From positions 7,499 through 71,498 of the forward strand of contig JACPJO010000005.1 in the NCBI GenBank assembly GCA_016187485.1: a stretch of 64,000 nucleotides of DNA, read 5' to 3'. The notes beneath the pieces were generated by a model. That model did no database searches. It was not told the origin of the DNA and saw only the letters and a program-made list of their open reading frames with translations. Below are positions 45,329 to 58,189 of this stretch, one piece after another (the stretch's first letter is position 1; every line of letters starts with the position of its first letter). The stretch is from Candidatus Uhrbacteria bacterium (GTDB lineage Bacteria > Patescibacteriota > Patescibacteriia > UBA9934 > UBA10169). Both the position numbers and the translations under genes were made by a program.

Positions 45329-46723
45329 ATGCCTCGTCCCCGTAAGGCTCTGCCTGCAGAGCTCCGGCCCGCCATTCCGGGCAAACCGGTCAATCTTCTT
45401 CCCGACAAGTACCGCCGGAACCCCCTCCAGTTCGCCCGCGAGGAGATCGACATCGCGCGCAACAAGGGGGAAGTGCCCGACAACGATGCCGCTTTCCAGA
45501 CCCAGATCATCGAGGAGGACGAACGGCGGTGGCGGTCGCGCGAGCTGCCCGCCATCGCGGGGTACGTGAACCGGATGTACGCGCGCGGAACGTTCGTGGA
45601 CCCCGACGACTTCATGATCGTCTGGGGGCTCTGGAACCAGCACACCCACAGCTTCCGGCTCTCGCACGGCGACCCGGCGGTCACGAACGTTCTCACTGCC
45701 CACAACCAGGGCATGGCCCGCCCCATCACCGATGCGTTCCGCCCCATCCACGAGAAGGCGGTTCCGGTCCCGTTGGCGCTCCTCGCCTTCGAGAAGCGGG
45801 AGATGGGCGAGGACGTCCCGGCGGGCGTCGAGACGTCGGTGTACGTCTACGTCTGCATGCCGGCCAATCTCGAGGCATCGGTGAAAGACGGAAACTTCAC
45901 CGACGACGTGAGCGTGGGCGACACCCAGGTCTACACCACGGATCGCCAGGCAGTGCACCGCCGGAAGGAGGGCAATTTCCTCTTCCGGCCGAACAGCGTG
46001 TCCAAGCACCCCCGCAAGCGCTTCGTCGCCTTCCATCCCGTCACGAAGAAGCCGATCTACCTCGCTGTGATCCCGCAGCGCTTCCTGCGCCGTGGCAAAG
46101 AGGGCGAGGAAGGCTTCCAGCCCGGGCAGCCCTGCCCGGTGGACATGGACGAGTTCGCGGACGGCTACCAGGCCCAGGTCATGGACGAAGGTGCGGTGGC
46201 CACGGACGAGCCGGCGGAAGAGGAAGTCAAGAAGATCCTCGACCGCATCGCGCACGGAGGTGCCGGCGGGCGCAAGGCCAGCAGGCAGGGCGAGTTCGAC
46301 TTCGACGGCCGCGTCTGGAACGCGCTCTCGATCCTCGGCATCAAGGAGGGTGAAGCGCCGACGGCAGAGAGCATCGGGAAGGCGCGCAGGCGCTACAGTC
46401 CGAGGCTCTTCGATGCTCGAAGCGCCATGGGCCTCCACAGCGCCCTCGTCCTGCTCGGCATGCCCGAGAGCGATCGCACCGCGTACATGAAGGACAAGCA
46501 CTTCGAGATCTTCAAAGCCGCGGTCGGTGTGGCCGAGGGGATGCTGCCGAAGGCCGAGCCGGTGGAGGAGACGGAAGGCGACAAGCCCGCCGACTCGCCA
46601 CCCGCAACAAGCGAAGCGTCCAGCGCGACGACCTCGCCCGCCGACACGACGGACGACCCCGCCATGTCCCAGCCCGCCGCGACCCGCAAGGCCCCGCGCG
46701 TGGAACCCGGCACCGACGACTGA
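45329..46723 (+). CDS. GC-rich orphan protein with possible degenerate J-domain-like segment
   Basis: GAGAGG RBS before ATG 45329, extreme C/G third positions, low-complexity tail. Confidence 0.8.
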   Translation: MPRPRKALPAELRPAIPGKPVNLLPDKYRRNPLQFAREEIDIARNKGEVPDNDAAFQTQIIEEDERRWRSRELPAIAGYVNRMYARGTFVDPDDFMIVWGLWNQHTHSFRLSHGDPAVTNVLTAHNQGMARPITDAFRPIHEKAVPVPLALLAFEKREMGEDVPAGVETSVYVYVCMPANLEASVKDGNFTDDVSVGDTQVYTTDRQAVHRRKEGNFLFRPNSVSKHPRKRFVAFHPVTKKPIYLAVIPQRFLRRGKEGEEGFQPGQPCPVDMDEFADGYQAQVMDEGAVATDEPAEEEVKKILDRIAHGGAGGRKASRQGEFDFDGRVWNALSILGIKEGEAPTAESIGKARRRYSPRLFDARSAMGLHSALVLLGMPESDRTAYMKDKHFEIFKAAVGVAEGMLPKAEPVEETEGDKPADSPPATSEASSATTSPADTTDDPAMSQPAATRKAPRVEPGTDD

Positions 46724-46731
46724 CAGACCAA

Positions 46732-46777
46732 TTCGTTCTTTCTCTCTAGCGACCCCACGGGGTCGCTTTCGACTTTT
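46732..46777 (+). terminator. Conserved 3' module copy B
   Basis: TTCGTTCTTTCTCT-CTAGC-GACCCC-AC-GGGGTC-GCTTTCGACTTTT. Confidence 0.85.
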
Positions 46778-47000
46778 TTGTATCTTTCCTTTATTCCCCC
46801 TCGAAGGTATGTAAGGATAATCTAAGGCGTGTCGCAAGGACGGGGCCCCCATAACCCCGCAGCCCAGCTCAGCTGGGCGCAGCGAGTCATCGAGCGAGGA
46901 GGATGGGGTGGACGTAGCGGTTACACGCCGTCTTGTTACCTGTTCAAAACTTCCCTTGACCTTTAGTGTCTTTCCCTATATACTTTCGGCGCTTTTCGAT

Positions 47001-48066
<1,066 letters not shown>

Positions 48067-48125
48067 GACGTTTCCTTCTGCTCCGATGCCGGAGCAGGGC
48101 TGAGATGTTCTTCTCTCTTTATTCT

Positions 48126-48674
48126 ATGTCTGTCGAACCACAAACGATTGCTCAAACGGTTGAAGCCGCCACAGCCGCTGGCCCCATTGAGGCCTTCGGT
48201 CTTAATGTGAAGATTTTCTTTGCACAACTCGTGAACTTTCTTCTCGTGCTTGTGGTGCTTTGGCGATTTGTCTATCGGCCGGTGGTGGCAATGCTTGAAG
48301 CGCGCGAGGAGAAGATCAAAAAAAGTGTGGAGCATGCAGAAGAGATTGAACGGAAACTGAAGGAAACGGAGCGCGCGCGCGAGGAAGCGTTGGCGCAAAC
48401 ACGTCTGGAGGCGACACGGTTGATTGAAGAGGCTCAAGCGAAGGCGGAAGAGAAGCAACAGGAAGTCTTAGCCAAAACACGTAAGGAGGCCGAGAAGATT
48501 GTCTACGCCAGTCGCGCACACATTGCCGAGGAGCGTGAAAAAATGTTCGCCGATGTGCGTGGGGAAGTTGCGGGGCTTGTCGTGGCGGCCGCCGAGAAAA
48601 TTCTTGCGAGTTCGGTTGATAAGAAGCGTTCGGAAGCAATGACCGAAGAAGTAATGAAGGAGGCTGGACTATGA
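48126..48674 (+). CDS. atpF: ATP synthase subunit b
   Basis: Q.VNFL.....L..F.Y.P....L..R plus coiled coil. Confidence 0.94.
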   Translation: MSVEPQTIAQTVEAATAAGPIEAFGLNVKIFFAQLVNFLLVLVVLWRFVYRPVVAMLEAREEKIKKSVEHAEEIERKLKETERAREEALAQTRLEATRLIEEAQAKAEEKQQEVLAKTRKEAEKIVYASRAHIAEEREKMFADVRGEVAGLVVAAAEKILASSVDKKRSEAMTEEVMKEAGL

Positions 48675-49060
48675 AAAAGCCTGCGGTCTATTGGGCACGG
48701 CTTCTCTACACCCTTGCCTCGCAGAAAACAGGCGAGGAGTTGACGGAGGCACTGCGCGTGTTCGTGCAGCATTTGGAGCGTCACAACGCGCGTTCCCGTT
48801 GGCGCGAGATTGCTCGAGCCTTCGAAGATGTGTGGCGGAAGGAACATGGAGCGGCCACTGTAGAGCTGTCGAGTGTGGAAGAGCCTGATCGCCACTGGCG
48901 GGACCGCCTGGCGAAAACTTTCCCCGGCGCGGAAATTCGCCTGACAAGAGACTCGGAACTTCTCGGTGGCGCTGTCCTCCAGATTGATGACAGACGCATA
49001 GACATGACGGATCGTGCGAAACTCAAAGCTCTTACCAACTTCCTTACGGCAAACGTATGA
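48671..49060 (+). CDS. atpH: ATP synthase subunit delta (short)
   Basis: Operon position; D.ELLGG..LQI.D..ID. Confidence 0.85.
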   Translation: MKKPAVYWARLLYTLASQKTGEELTEALRVFVQHLERHNARSRWREIARAFEDVWRKEHGAATVELSSVEEPDRHWRDRLAKTFPGAEIRLTRDSELLGGAVLQIDDRRIDMTDRAKLKALTNFLTANV

Positions 49061-50568
49061 CGACCAAAACAAAAAAAGAAGACATCATTTCCTCTCTGCG
49101 CGAGCAGATCGAGCAATTTGAACATACGGCGAAGACGGAGCACGTCGGTACGGTCGTGTCGGTGGCTGATGGTACGGCACGACTTTCCGGATTATCGAAT
49201 GTTGCGGCGTCGGAGATGCTGACGTTTGAGGACGGTACCGTGGGTGTGGCACTCAACCTTGAAGAGGATACCGTGGGCGCTATCATTTTTGGCGAGACGA
49301 GAGCCATTCACGAAGGGGACTCCGTGAAGGCTGCGGGGCGTATTCTCTCCATTCCTGTTTCCGATGCCGTGGTGGGTCGCGTGATCAATCCACTTGGGGA
49401 ACCGGTAGACGGAAAGGGGGCCATGAAGGCAACTGATTTCATGCCCATTGAGCGCATCGCGCCGGGCGTTATGACGCGTGAACCCGTGGGCGTGCCCATG
49501 CAGACAGGTTTGAAAGCGATTGATGCGCTTATCCCGATCGGCCGCGGTCAGCGCGAACTTATTATTGGAGACCGACAGACGGGAAAGACCGCTATTGCCA
49601 TCGATGCCATCATCAACCAGAGGGGGCAGAACATGAAGTGTATTTACGTAGCGATCGGACAGAAAGAATCCAAGATTGCGAAACTTGTGGCGAGGCTCGA
49701 GGAAGCAGGGGCTATGGAATACACCACGATTGTCATTGCCGGTGCTTCTGACCCTGCGGCCATGAGCTACATTGCGCCCTATGCCGGGTGCGCGATCGGT
49801 GAGTATTTCATGAAAAAAGGCGAGGACGCGCTCATCATCTATGATGATCTCTCCAAGCACGCGTGGGCGTTCCGCGAGATTTCTCTCTTGCTCCGCCGTC
49901 CGCCGGGACGCGAAGCCTATCCGGGCGACGTGTTCTACCTCCACTCGCGCTTGCTTGAGCGCGCCGCTCGCCTTAACAAAGAAAATGGCGGCGGGTCCCT
50001 CACGGCCCTTCCGATTATTGAAACGCAATCGGGCGATGTCTCTGCGTACATTCCCACAAACGTCATTTCCATAACAGATGGGCAGATCTATCTTGAAACC
50101 GACTTGTTCTACAAGGGTATCCGTCCCGCGCTGAACGTCGGCCTTTCCGTGTCGCGTGTCGGTGGCGCAGCGCAAACAAAGGCTATGAAAAAAGTTGCCG
50201 GACGTCTTCGTCTCGAGCTTGCCCAGTTCCGCGAATTGGAAGCTTTTGCGCAGTTTGCCTCTGATTTGGATGAGGGAACGCGCAAGCAAATTGAACGTGG
50301 TCGCCGTCTCACGGAGGTGCTTAAGCAGAAACAGTACTCACCCATGCCGTTTGAAGAACAGGTTTCGGTCATTTACGCCGTGACAAACGGGTACCTCGAC
50401 GACGTAGCCGTGGAAAAGGTAGGAGACTTTGAGCAAGGGCTTCTTGGGTATCTGCGCGCAAACAAAGAGGATCTGTTGAAGCTTATTCAGAAGGAAAAAG
50501 CTATTACGGAAGAAGTGGAGGCAGGGCTTAAAACGGTGATGAATGAGTTTGCGAGCATGAAAAAGTAG
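49057..50568 (+). CDS. atpA: ATP synthase subunit alpha
   Basis: [28 protein letters not shown]. Confidence 0.98.
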   Translation: MTTKTKKEDIISSLREQIEQFEHTAKTEHVGTVVSVADGTARLSGLSNVAASEMLTFEDGTVGVALNLEEDTVGAIIFGETRAIHEGDSVKAAGRILSIPVSDAVVGRVINPLGEPVDGKGAMKATDFMPIERIAPGVMTREPVGVPMQTGLKAIDALIPIGRGQRELIIGDRQTGKTAIAIDAIINQRGQNMKCIYVAIGQKESKIAKLVARLEEAGAMEYTTIVIAGASDPAAMSYIAPYAGCAIGEYFMKKGEDALIIYDDLSKHAWAFREISLLLRRPPGREAYPGDVFYLHSRLLERAARLNKENGGGSLTALPIIETQSGDVSAYIPTNVISITDGQIYLETDLFYKGIRPALNVGLSVSRVGGAAQTKAMKKVAGRLRLELAQFRELEAFAQFASDLDEGTRKQIERGRRLTEVLKQKQYSPMPFEEQVSVIYAVTNGYLDDVAVEKVGDFEQGLLGYLRANKEDLLKLIQKEKAITEEVEAGLKTVMNEFASMKK

Positions 50569-50573
50569 TTCGT

Positions 50574-52908
<2,335 letters not shown>

Positions 52909-52910
52909 CT

Positions 52911-53336
52911 ATGGCAGCAAAGCTTCACATAAAATTAGTCACGCCGGAGCGCTTGCTTTTGGAAAAAGAGGCGGACCAGGTGACGCTTATGACCGAGCAA
53001 GGCGAGATTACCATCCTTCCCGGACATATTCCGCTTGTTGCAAATTTGCGAGCTGGGGAAGTGCGTGTTGTGGAAGGAGGCCGAACGGAATATTTAGTAA
53101 CATCAACGGGATTTGTTGAGGTTCGGGAAAATGGGACAGTGACGTTACTGGCGGACACGGCGGAGCGCGAGGAAGAGTTGGATATACAAAAAATCGGGGA
53201 AGCACGCACGCGGGCTCAAGAAACGCTTTCGGGAGTACGTAAACTTGAAGACGTGGATTACGCTCACGCTGTTGCCGCCCTTGAGCGCGAACTCGCCCGC
53301 GAGCGCGTGGCAATGAAACGTAAGCACCGAAAATAA
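52911..53336 (+). CDS. atpC: ATP synthase subunit epsilon
   Basis: LVTPER, GEITILPGH.PL, GFVEV, LADTA. Confidence 0.95.
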   Translation: MAAKLHIKLVTPERLLLEKEADQVTLMTEQGEITILPGHIPLVANLRAGEVRVVEGGRTEYLVTSTGFVEVRENGTVTLLADTAEREEELDIQKIGEARTRAQETLSGVRKLEDVDYAHAVAALERELARERVAMKRKHRK

Positions 53337-53343
53337 ATACAAA

Positions 53344-53460
53344 CTCTCTTAGTGGTCACTAAGAGAGAAATTAATGGGGTGATGTCAAAATTTCTCTCAT
53401 TTTACAGTCGTCCAGTATCTCTGGACCAACTTTCTCACTAAGTGATCTCTTAGTGAGAAA
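53344..53460. repeat. Multi-hairpin intergenic element
   Basis: CTCTCTTAGTG-GT-CACTAAGAGAG; GTCCAG/CTGGAC; TTTCTCACTAAG-TGATCT-CTTAGTGAGAAA. Confidence 0.65.
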
Positions 53461-53516
53461 AGTCTGGGGCGGACCAGGTACCGATTTCTCTTGCTCCTTT
53501 GCTACAATACGTCCCT

Positions 53517-56375
53517 ATGGCTGATCTCCTGGAAGGGCTCAACGAGGCGCAAAGAAAGGCGGTGACTCATAAGGACGGACCTTTGCTTATAATTGCGGGA
53601 GCTGGCACGGGGAAAACTACGGTGATTGTCCGGCGATTTGCCTGGTTGGTGGAGCAGGGTCTCGCGCCTTCTTCAGGAATTCTCACGCTTACTTTCACGG
53701 AAAAAGCGGTGCGGGAGCTCGAGGAGCGCGTAGACCAACTTTTACCGCTCGGACACCTCGATCTCCACATCCACACATTTCATGGCTTTTGTGAATGGGT
53801 ACTGCGCAAGTTTGGTATAGAAATCGGGCTTGCCCCGGATTTTGAGGTGCTTACGGAAGTGGACGCGTGGCTTTTTGCCCGTCGTAATATGCGCTCCCTT
53901 CCGCTTGACCGTTATCGCCCCACAGGGAAGGAAACAAAGTTTCTCCGGCATATTCTCACGCACATCTCCCGGGCGCGAGATGAAGGAGTGACCGCTGAAG
54001 CGTACGAAGCTTGTGCCACAAAGAGTGAGGAGCACGCGACAACAGAGGCGGAAAGAGCCGAGTCCTCCCGGATTCGGGAATTAGCAAAAGTCTACCGCGC
54101 CTACGAAGACCTACTTCATGCACATCACGCGTTGGACTTTGCAGGGCTGATTGCCGCTACGCTCAGGCTTCTTGAAACACGAGCGGATATTCTAGAGGCT
54201 GTTCGGTCGCAGTTCCCGTATCTTCTTGTAGATGAATTTCAAGACACGAATGCGGTACAGTACAAGCTTGTAAAACTTCTGGCACAGCCGCACAACTGCG
54301 TGACGGTAGTTGGTGATGACGACCAGTCGATTTATCGTTTTCGCGGAGCCTCTGTGGAAAATATCCTCGCCTTCAATCGTGAGTATCCGGAGGCAGAGCG
54401 CGTTGTGCTCACAGAAAATTATCGGTCGCGCCAGAATATTCTCGATGCGGCCTATCGTTTTATTCAGCACAACAATCCTCATCGCTTGGAATCAGAGACG
54501 GGGCTCACGAAGAAACTTTCTGCGGTGCGCGGCAGCGGGGGAGAGGTCGTGCACTGGCAAGGAGCGACACTTTCAGAAGAGGCAAGAACGGTTGTGGATG
54601 AAATTCTCCGCTTGAAGGCCGCTGGCTCCATTGAGCGATGGAGCGACGTGGGAATTCTTGCGCGGGCCAACGATCACGCAGTCCCGTTTGCGGCCGAACT
54701 TGAGTCTCGGGGCATTCCTTTTCGTTTTTTTGCGATGCAGGGGCTTTATCAAAAAAGCGTTATCTTAGATGTGCTTGCGTGGATGCGCGTTGTCGTCTCG
54801 CCTTTTCGGAGCGCGGAAGCTTATCGTGTGCTGCGGCATTCTTTTTGGGACATTCCTACGGAGGATTTAGCACGCGTGTGTTTTGAAGCGGAGCGTCAAG
54901 GACGTAATCTGTTTGAGACCATGCAAAGAGGGGCAACAGAGCTCACGCTCCGTGGGCGCGCAGCATCGGAGCAGATTGTTTCGGTGCGAAACGAACTTGC
55001 AGAACTTGCACGAACGAAGCGGATAAAAGAATTGTTCATCTATATTCTTCACAAAGGGGGCATCATCGCAGAAGTGGAGAAAGAAGAAGAGGCGCAAAAG
55101 CGTCAGACGTATAGCTATCTGACGCAGATGTTTGAGCGTGTCAAACGTTTTGATAGGCAAAGTGACGAGGGAACCATCCAGGAGTTCCTCATGGAATTTG
55201 ATGAAGAACGGCAAGCGGGGGAAGCAGGAGCGCTTGCTGGGGATGTTGAAGAAGGGCCGGATGTCGTGCGTCTTCTCACGGTTCACAGTGCGAAAGGGCT
55301 TGAGTTCCACACCGTCTTTGTGGTGAATGTGGTAGATGCCCGTTTTCCCACGCGAGAACGCGAAAGCGGAATCCCTCTCCCCCCAGAGCTTCTTTCCCCA
55401 TCTTGGTATGCGGACGATGCGCATGCAGAGGAAGAACGGCGTCTCTTTTACGTTGCCTGCACACGTGCTAAAGATCGCCTCTATATTACTTCTGCCCTTG
55501 ACTACGGCGGCGCACGGAAGAAGAAGCCCTCAAGGTTTATTGAGGAAATGAATATCCCGACGGATCTTATAGGTGCCGGAGACCAGGGAGTTTTTGCTTT
55601 CGGAGAAGCGCAAACCCCGCCAAATGTAACGACGACGATGACGATCCCAAAGTACCTGAGTTTTACACAGCTGGCAGCATTCGAGCGCTGCCCTCTGCAG
55701 TATAAATTTGCGCATCTCCTTCGCATACCTGTTCTTGGCAATGCGCACATCTCGTACGGAAAGTCCGTACACAAAGCTCTCGAAAATTTTACAAGAGAAT
55801 GGATGAAGAACAACGCTTTGCCGCCTGTTGAACTTCTGCTTTCTCTCTATCGCGAGTGCTGGATTGATGAGTGGTATCGAGACGACGACATGCGCAACGC
55901 CTTTCGCGCAAAGGGAGAACACGCCCTGCGCACGCTCTTTGACGAATGGTGCATCTCCCCTCCGGAGCCGTTTGCGGTCGAGCAGCCGTTCACACTTGCG
56001 TTTGGCGGAGGTATACTACGAGGGCAAATAGATCGTGTGGACAGGGGAGCGGACGGGCTTTACATTACAGATTATAAAACGGGCACACCAAAGACGGCGG
56101 ATGCTCTCCCCAGAGAAGATCGCGCGCAGTTGTATCTCTACCAGTGGGCGGCGGAAGAGCTTTGGCACGAACCGATCGCGCGGCTCTCCTATCGCTATAT
56201 GGAGGATGGTTCCCATGTTGACTTTTTGGGGGGTCAAGATGATTTGGACCGCGTACGCGAACGTCTTCGACAGACGTATAAAGACATCCAGTCTTCTCGT
56301 TTTTCCCCCAAACCTAACCCCATCACGTGCGCGTTTTGCGACTTTGCGTCTATCTGCGAATATCGTGCAAGCTAG
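53517..56375 (+). CDS. UvrD/PcrA helicase fused to PD-(D/E)xK nuclease (AddA/AdnAB-like)
   Basis: AGAGTGKT, VDEFQDTN, GDDDQSIY.FRGA, TVHSAKGLEF, EERRL.YVA.TRA; G.IDRVD...DYKTG; Cys at CPL and CAFCDFASIC. Confidence 0.93.
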   Translation: MADLLEGLNEAQRKAVTHKDGPLLIIAGAGTGKTTVIVRRFAWLVEQGLAPSSGILTLTFTEKAVRELEERVDQLLPLGHLDLHIHTFHGFCEWVLRKFGIEIGLAPDFEVLTEVDAWLFARRNMRSLPLDRYRPTGKETKFLRHILTHISRARDEGVTAEAYEACATKSEEHATTEAERAESSRIRELAKVYRAYEDLLHAHHALDFAGLIAATLRLLETRADILEAVRSQFPYLLVDEFQDTNAVQYKLVKLLAQPHNCVTVVGDDDQSIYRFRGASVENILAFNREYPEAERVVLTENYRSRQNILDAAYRFIQHNNPHRLESETGLTKKLSAVRGSGGEVVHWQGATLSEEARTVVDEILRLKAAGSIERWSDVGILARANDHAVPFAAELESRGIPFRFFAMQGLYQKSVILDVLAWMRVVVSPFRSAEAYRVLRHSFWDIPTEDLARVCFEAERQGRNLFETMQRGATELTLRGRAASEQIVSVRNELAELARTKRIKELFIYILHKGGIIAEVEKEEEAQKRQTYSYLTQMFERVKRFDRQSDEGTIQEFLMEFDEERQAGEAGALAGDVEEGPDVVRLLTVHSAKGLEFHTVFVVNVVDARFPTRERESGIPLPPELLSPSWYADDAHAEEERRLFYVACTRAKDRLYITSALDYGGARKKKPSRFIEEMNIPTDLIGAGDQGVFAFGEAQTPPNVTTTMTIPKYLSFTQLAAFERCPLQYKFAHLLRIPVLGNAHISYGKSVHKALENFTREWMKNNALPPVELLLSLYRECWIDEWYRDDDMRNAFRAKGEHALRTLFDEWCISPPEPFAVEQPFTLAFGGGILRGQIDRVDRGADGLYITDYKTGTPKTADALPREDRAQLYLYQWAAEELWHEPIARLSYRYMEDGSHVDFLGGQDDLDRVRERLRQTYKDIQSSRFSPKPNPITCAFCDFASICEYRAS

Positions 56376-56377
56376 TT

Positions 56378-56683
56378 ATGCTCTCCCTCTCAAACCTTCT
56401 TACGCCTGCCCTCCGTCGCGCAGGGATTGAGCGCGCCGTTCTCGCTGCACAGGTTGTTTCTGCCACGGAAGAGTGGCTCACGGTCATGCTCCCGGAAGCA
56501 ACACGTAATTCCGCGAAAGCGATCTCCGTGTACGATGAGACGATCCATATTGCGTGCACCAATCGCGCCGTGGGCCAATTTTTAGAGGGGAGGTACAAAC
56601 TTTTAGAAGCTCACGTAGTGCGCGCTGTCCCTAAAATGAGCGTGCGCGCATTGCGCACACGGATTGTCGCTTTTCTCCCATGA
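56378..56683 (+). CDS. DUF721/DciA-like protein
   Basis: Size and pattern (start similar to SL..LL, A.S....T..I.C.....Q.L). Confidence 0.65.
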   Translation: MLSLSNLLTPALRRAGIERAVLAAQVVSATEEWLTVMLPEATRNSAKAISVYDETIHIACTNRAVGQFLEGRYKLLEAHVVRAVPKMSVRALRTRIVAFLP

Positions 56684-57069
56684 CAACACACTTTTTCTTT
56701 CTCTTGACCGGCATAAGTACCGCGCTTTTGTGGATGGTGTGGATTCTTCTTCTTTGGCGGACGAATCCGGTGTTTGCGACGTGGACGGACCTTATCCTGG
56801 TCTTTGCAATTTTTTGGGTTGCCGTTACGGGAACGCTTGCTATCATTTCGCTCTGGGTTCGTGTACGTCTTCGTCCTTCGGTGCTCCTTATCCACCACGT
56901 AGGTATTTCGTTTCGTCAATCTGTGTTGATCGGGGGGCTTCTTACTGTTTCGCTGGTTCTCTTGGCCCACCAGCTTCTTGTCGTTTGGAGCGTTCTTGGC
57001 CTCCTTGTGCTTATCGGACTCATTGAGTGGTTCTTCCAACGCCGGCGTTTAGGGCAGCAAAAAACTTGA
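56680..57069 (+). CDS. 4-TM membrane protein
   Basis: Hydrophobic, SFRQ..L motif, IE.FF end. Confidence 0.75.
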   Translation: MTTHFFFLLTGISTALLWMVWILLLWRTNPVFATWTDLILVFAIFWVAVTGTLAIISLWVRVRLRPSVLLIHHVGISFRQSVLIGGLLTVSLVLLAHQLLVVWSVLGLLVLIGLIEWFFQRRRLGQQKT

Positions 57070-57134
57070 ACACCAAAACTGTTCAGGTTTTGCCTTGAGC
57101 TTGTAGCGGGCATGCGCTACCATAGACCGCGCGT

Positions 57135-58187
57135 ATGCTCAATCAATTTTTCGGTCGGTTCTCCCACGATCTTGGTATCGATCTCGGGACGTCTAATACT
57201 CGCGTTTTTGTGCGTGAGAAGGGGATTGTGATTGACGAACCTTCTGTCGTGGCCGTCAATACGCGAACGAATCAAATTTTGGCCGTAGGACGAGATGCGG
57301 AGGACATGCTTGGGAAGACGCCTCCACATGTGCAAACAACACGCCCGCTGCAGAAGGGACTTATTTCGGACTTTGAGGTGACGGAAAAAATGCTCAAATT
57401 TTTTATTGACCGCGTGCACAAGGAATCATTTACGCTTATTCCTCGTCCGCGCGTGGTGATGAGTGTGCCGCTTGATATTACGGAAGTGGAGCGCAAAGCA
57501 GTGGAAGATGCCGCAGCCTCTGCCGGAGCTCGTGAGGTGCATTTGGTGGAGTGCCCTATTGTCTCTGCGCTTGGCGCGCGTCTTCCGATTTCCGAATCTG
57601 TGGGGACGATGCTTGTGGACATCGGTGGCGGCAAGACGGAGATTTCCGTGCTGTCCCTTGCCGGTATTGTGACCTGGAAGTCTATCCCTGTGGCTGGTGA
57701 GGAGATGAACAAAAATATTACGCACTACGCACGGGATGTTTTCAGCATGATGCTTGGCGAACGTGTTGCGGAGCGCATTAAAATGAGAATCGGCAGTGCT
57801 ATCGAGCTCGAGGAACCGCTTGAGATGGAAATGCGCGGGCGCGATATGATTACAGGGCTTCCTAAAGAGATTATCGTGACGGACGGGCAAATCCGTGAGG
57901 CACTGGCCCGTTCTGTACAAACTATCCTGGAGCAAATCAAAGCCGCCCTTGAGGTCACGCCGCCGGAACTTGTGGCTGATATTTATGAGCGCGGAATTGT
58001 TCTGTGCGGTGGCGGCTCACTCCTGCGCGGGCTTGATCGTCTGATTTCCCGCTCCGCCTCGATTCCTGTGCGTGTCGCGGAAGATCCTCTCACCACGGCA
58101 GTGCGCGGCGCCGGGCGTCTCCTTGAACAGGATGCTCTTCTTGCCGATGTGACGTTGCCCTCTGCAAGCGCTTCGTCTATCGTCTAG
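57135..58187 (+). CDS. mreB: Rod shape-determining protein MreB
   Basis: GIDLGTSNT, EPSVVA, VDIGGGKTE, GGGSLL. Confidence 0.96.
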   Translation: MLNQFFGRFSHDLGIDLGTSNTRVFVREKGIVIDEPSVVAVNTRTNQILAVGRDAEDMLGKTPPHVQTTRPLQKGLISDFEVTEKMLKFFIDRVHKESFTLIPRPRVVMSVPLDITEVERKAVEDAAASAGAREVHLVECPIVSALGARLPISESVGTMLVDIGGGKTEISVLSLAGIVTWKSIPVAGEEMNKNITHYARDVFSMMLGERVAERIKMRIGSAIELEEPLEMEMRGRDMITGLPKEIIVTDGQIREALARSVQTILEQIKAALEVTPPELVADIYERGIVLCGGGSLLRGLDRLISRSASIPVRVAEDPLTTAVRGAGRLLEQDALLADVTLPSASASSIV

Positions 58188-58189
58188 CT

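Noticed and set aside
34536-46777. Integron attC sites or a composite transposon
   Set aside because: No RYYYAAC/GTTRRRY ends, no integron integrase or transposase, and the enclosed genes are housekeeping
45206-46852. 548-aa antisense ORF and other frames over orphan 45329-46723
   Set aside because: Same codon-bias artefact; RBS, promoter and terminator support the plus-strand gene
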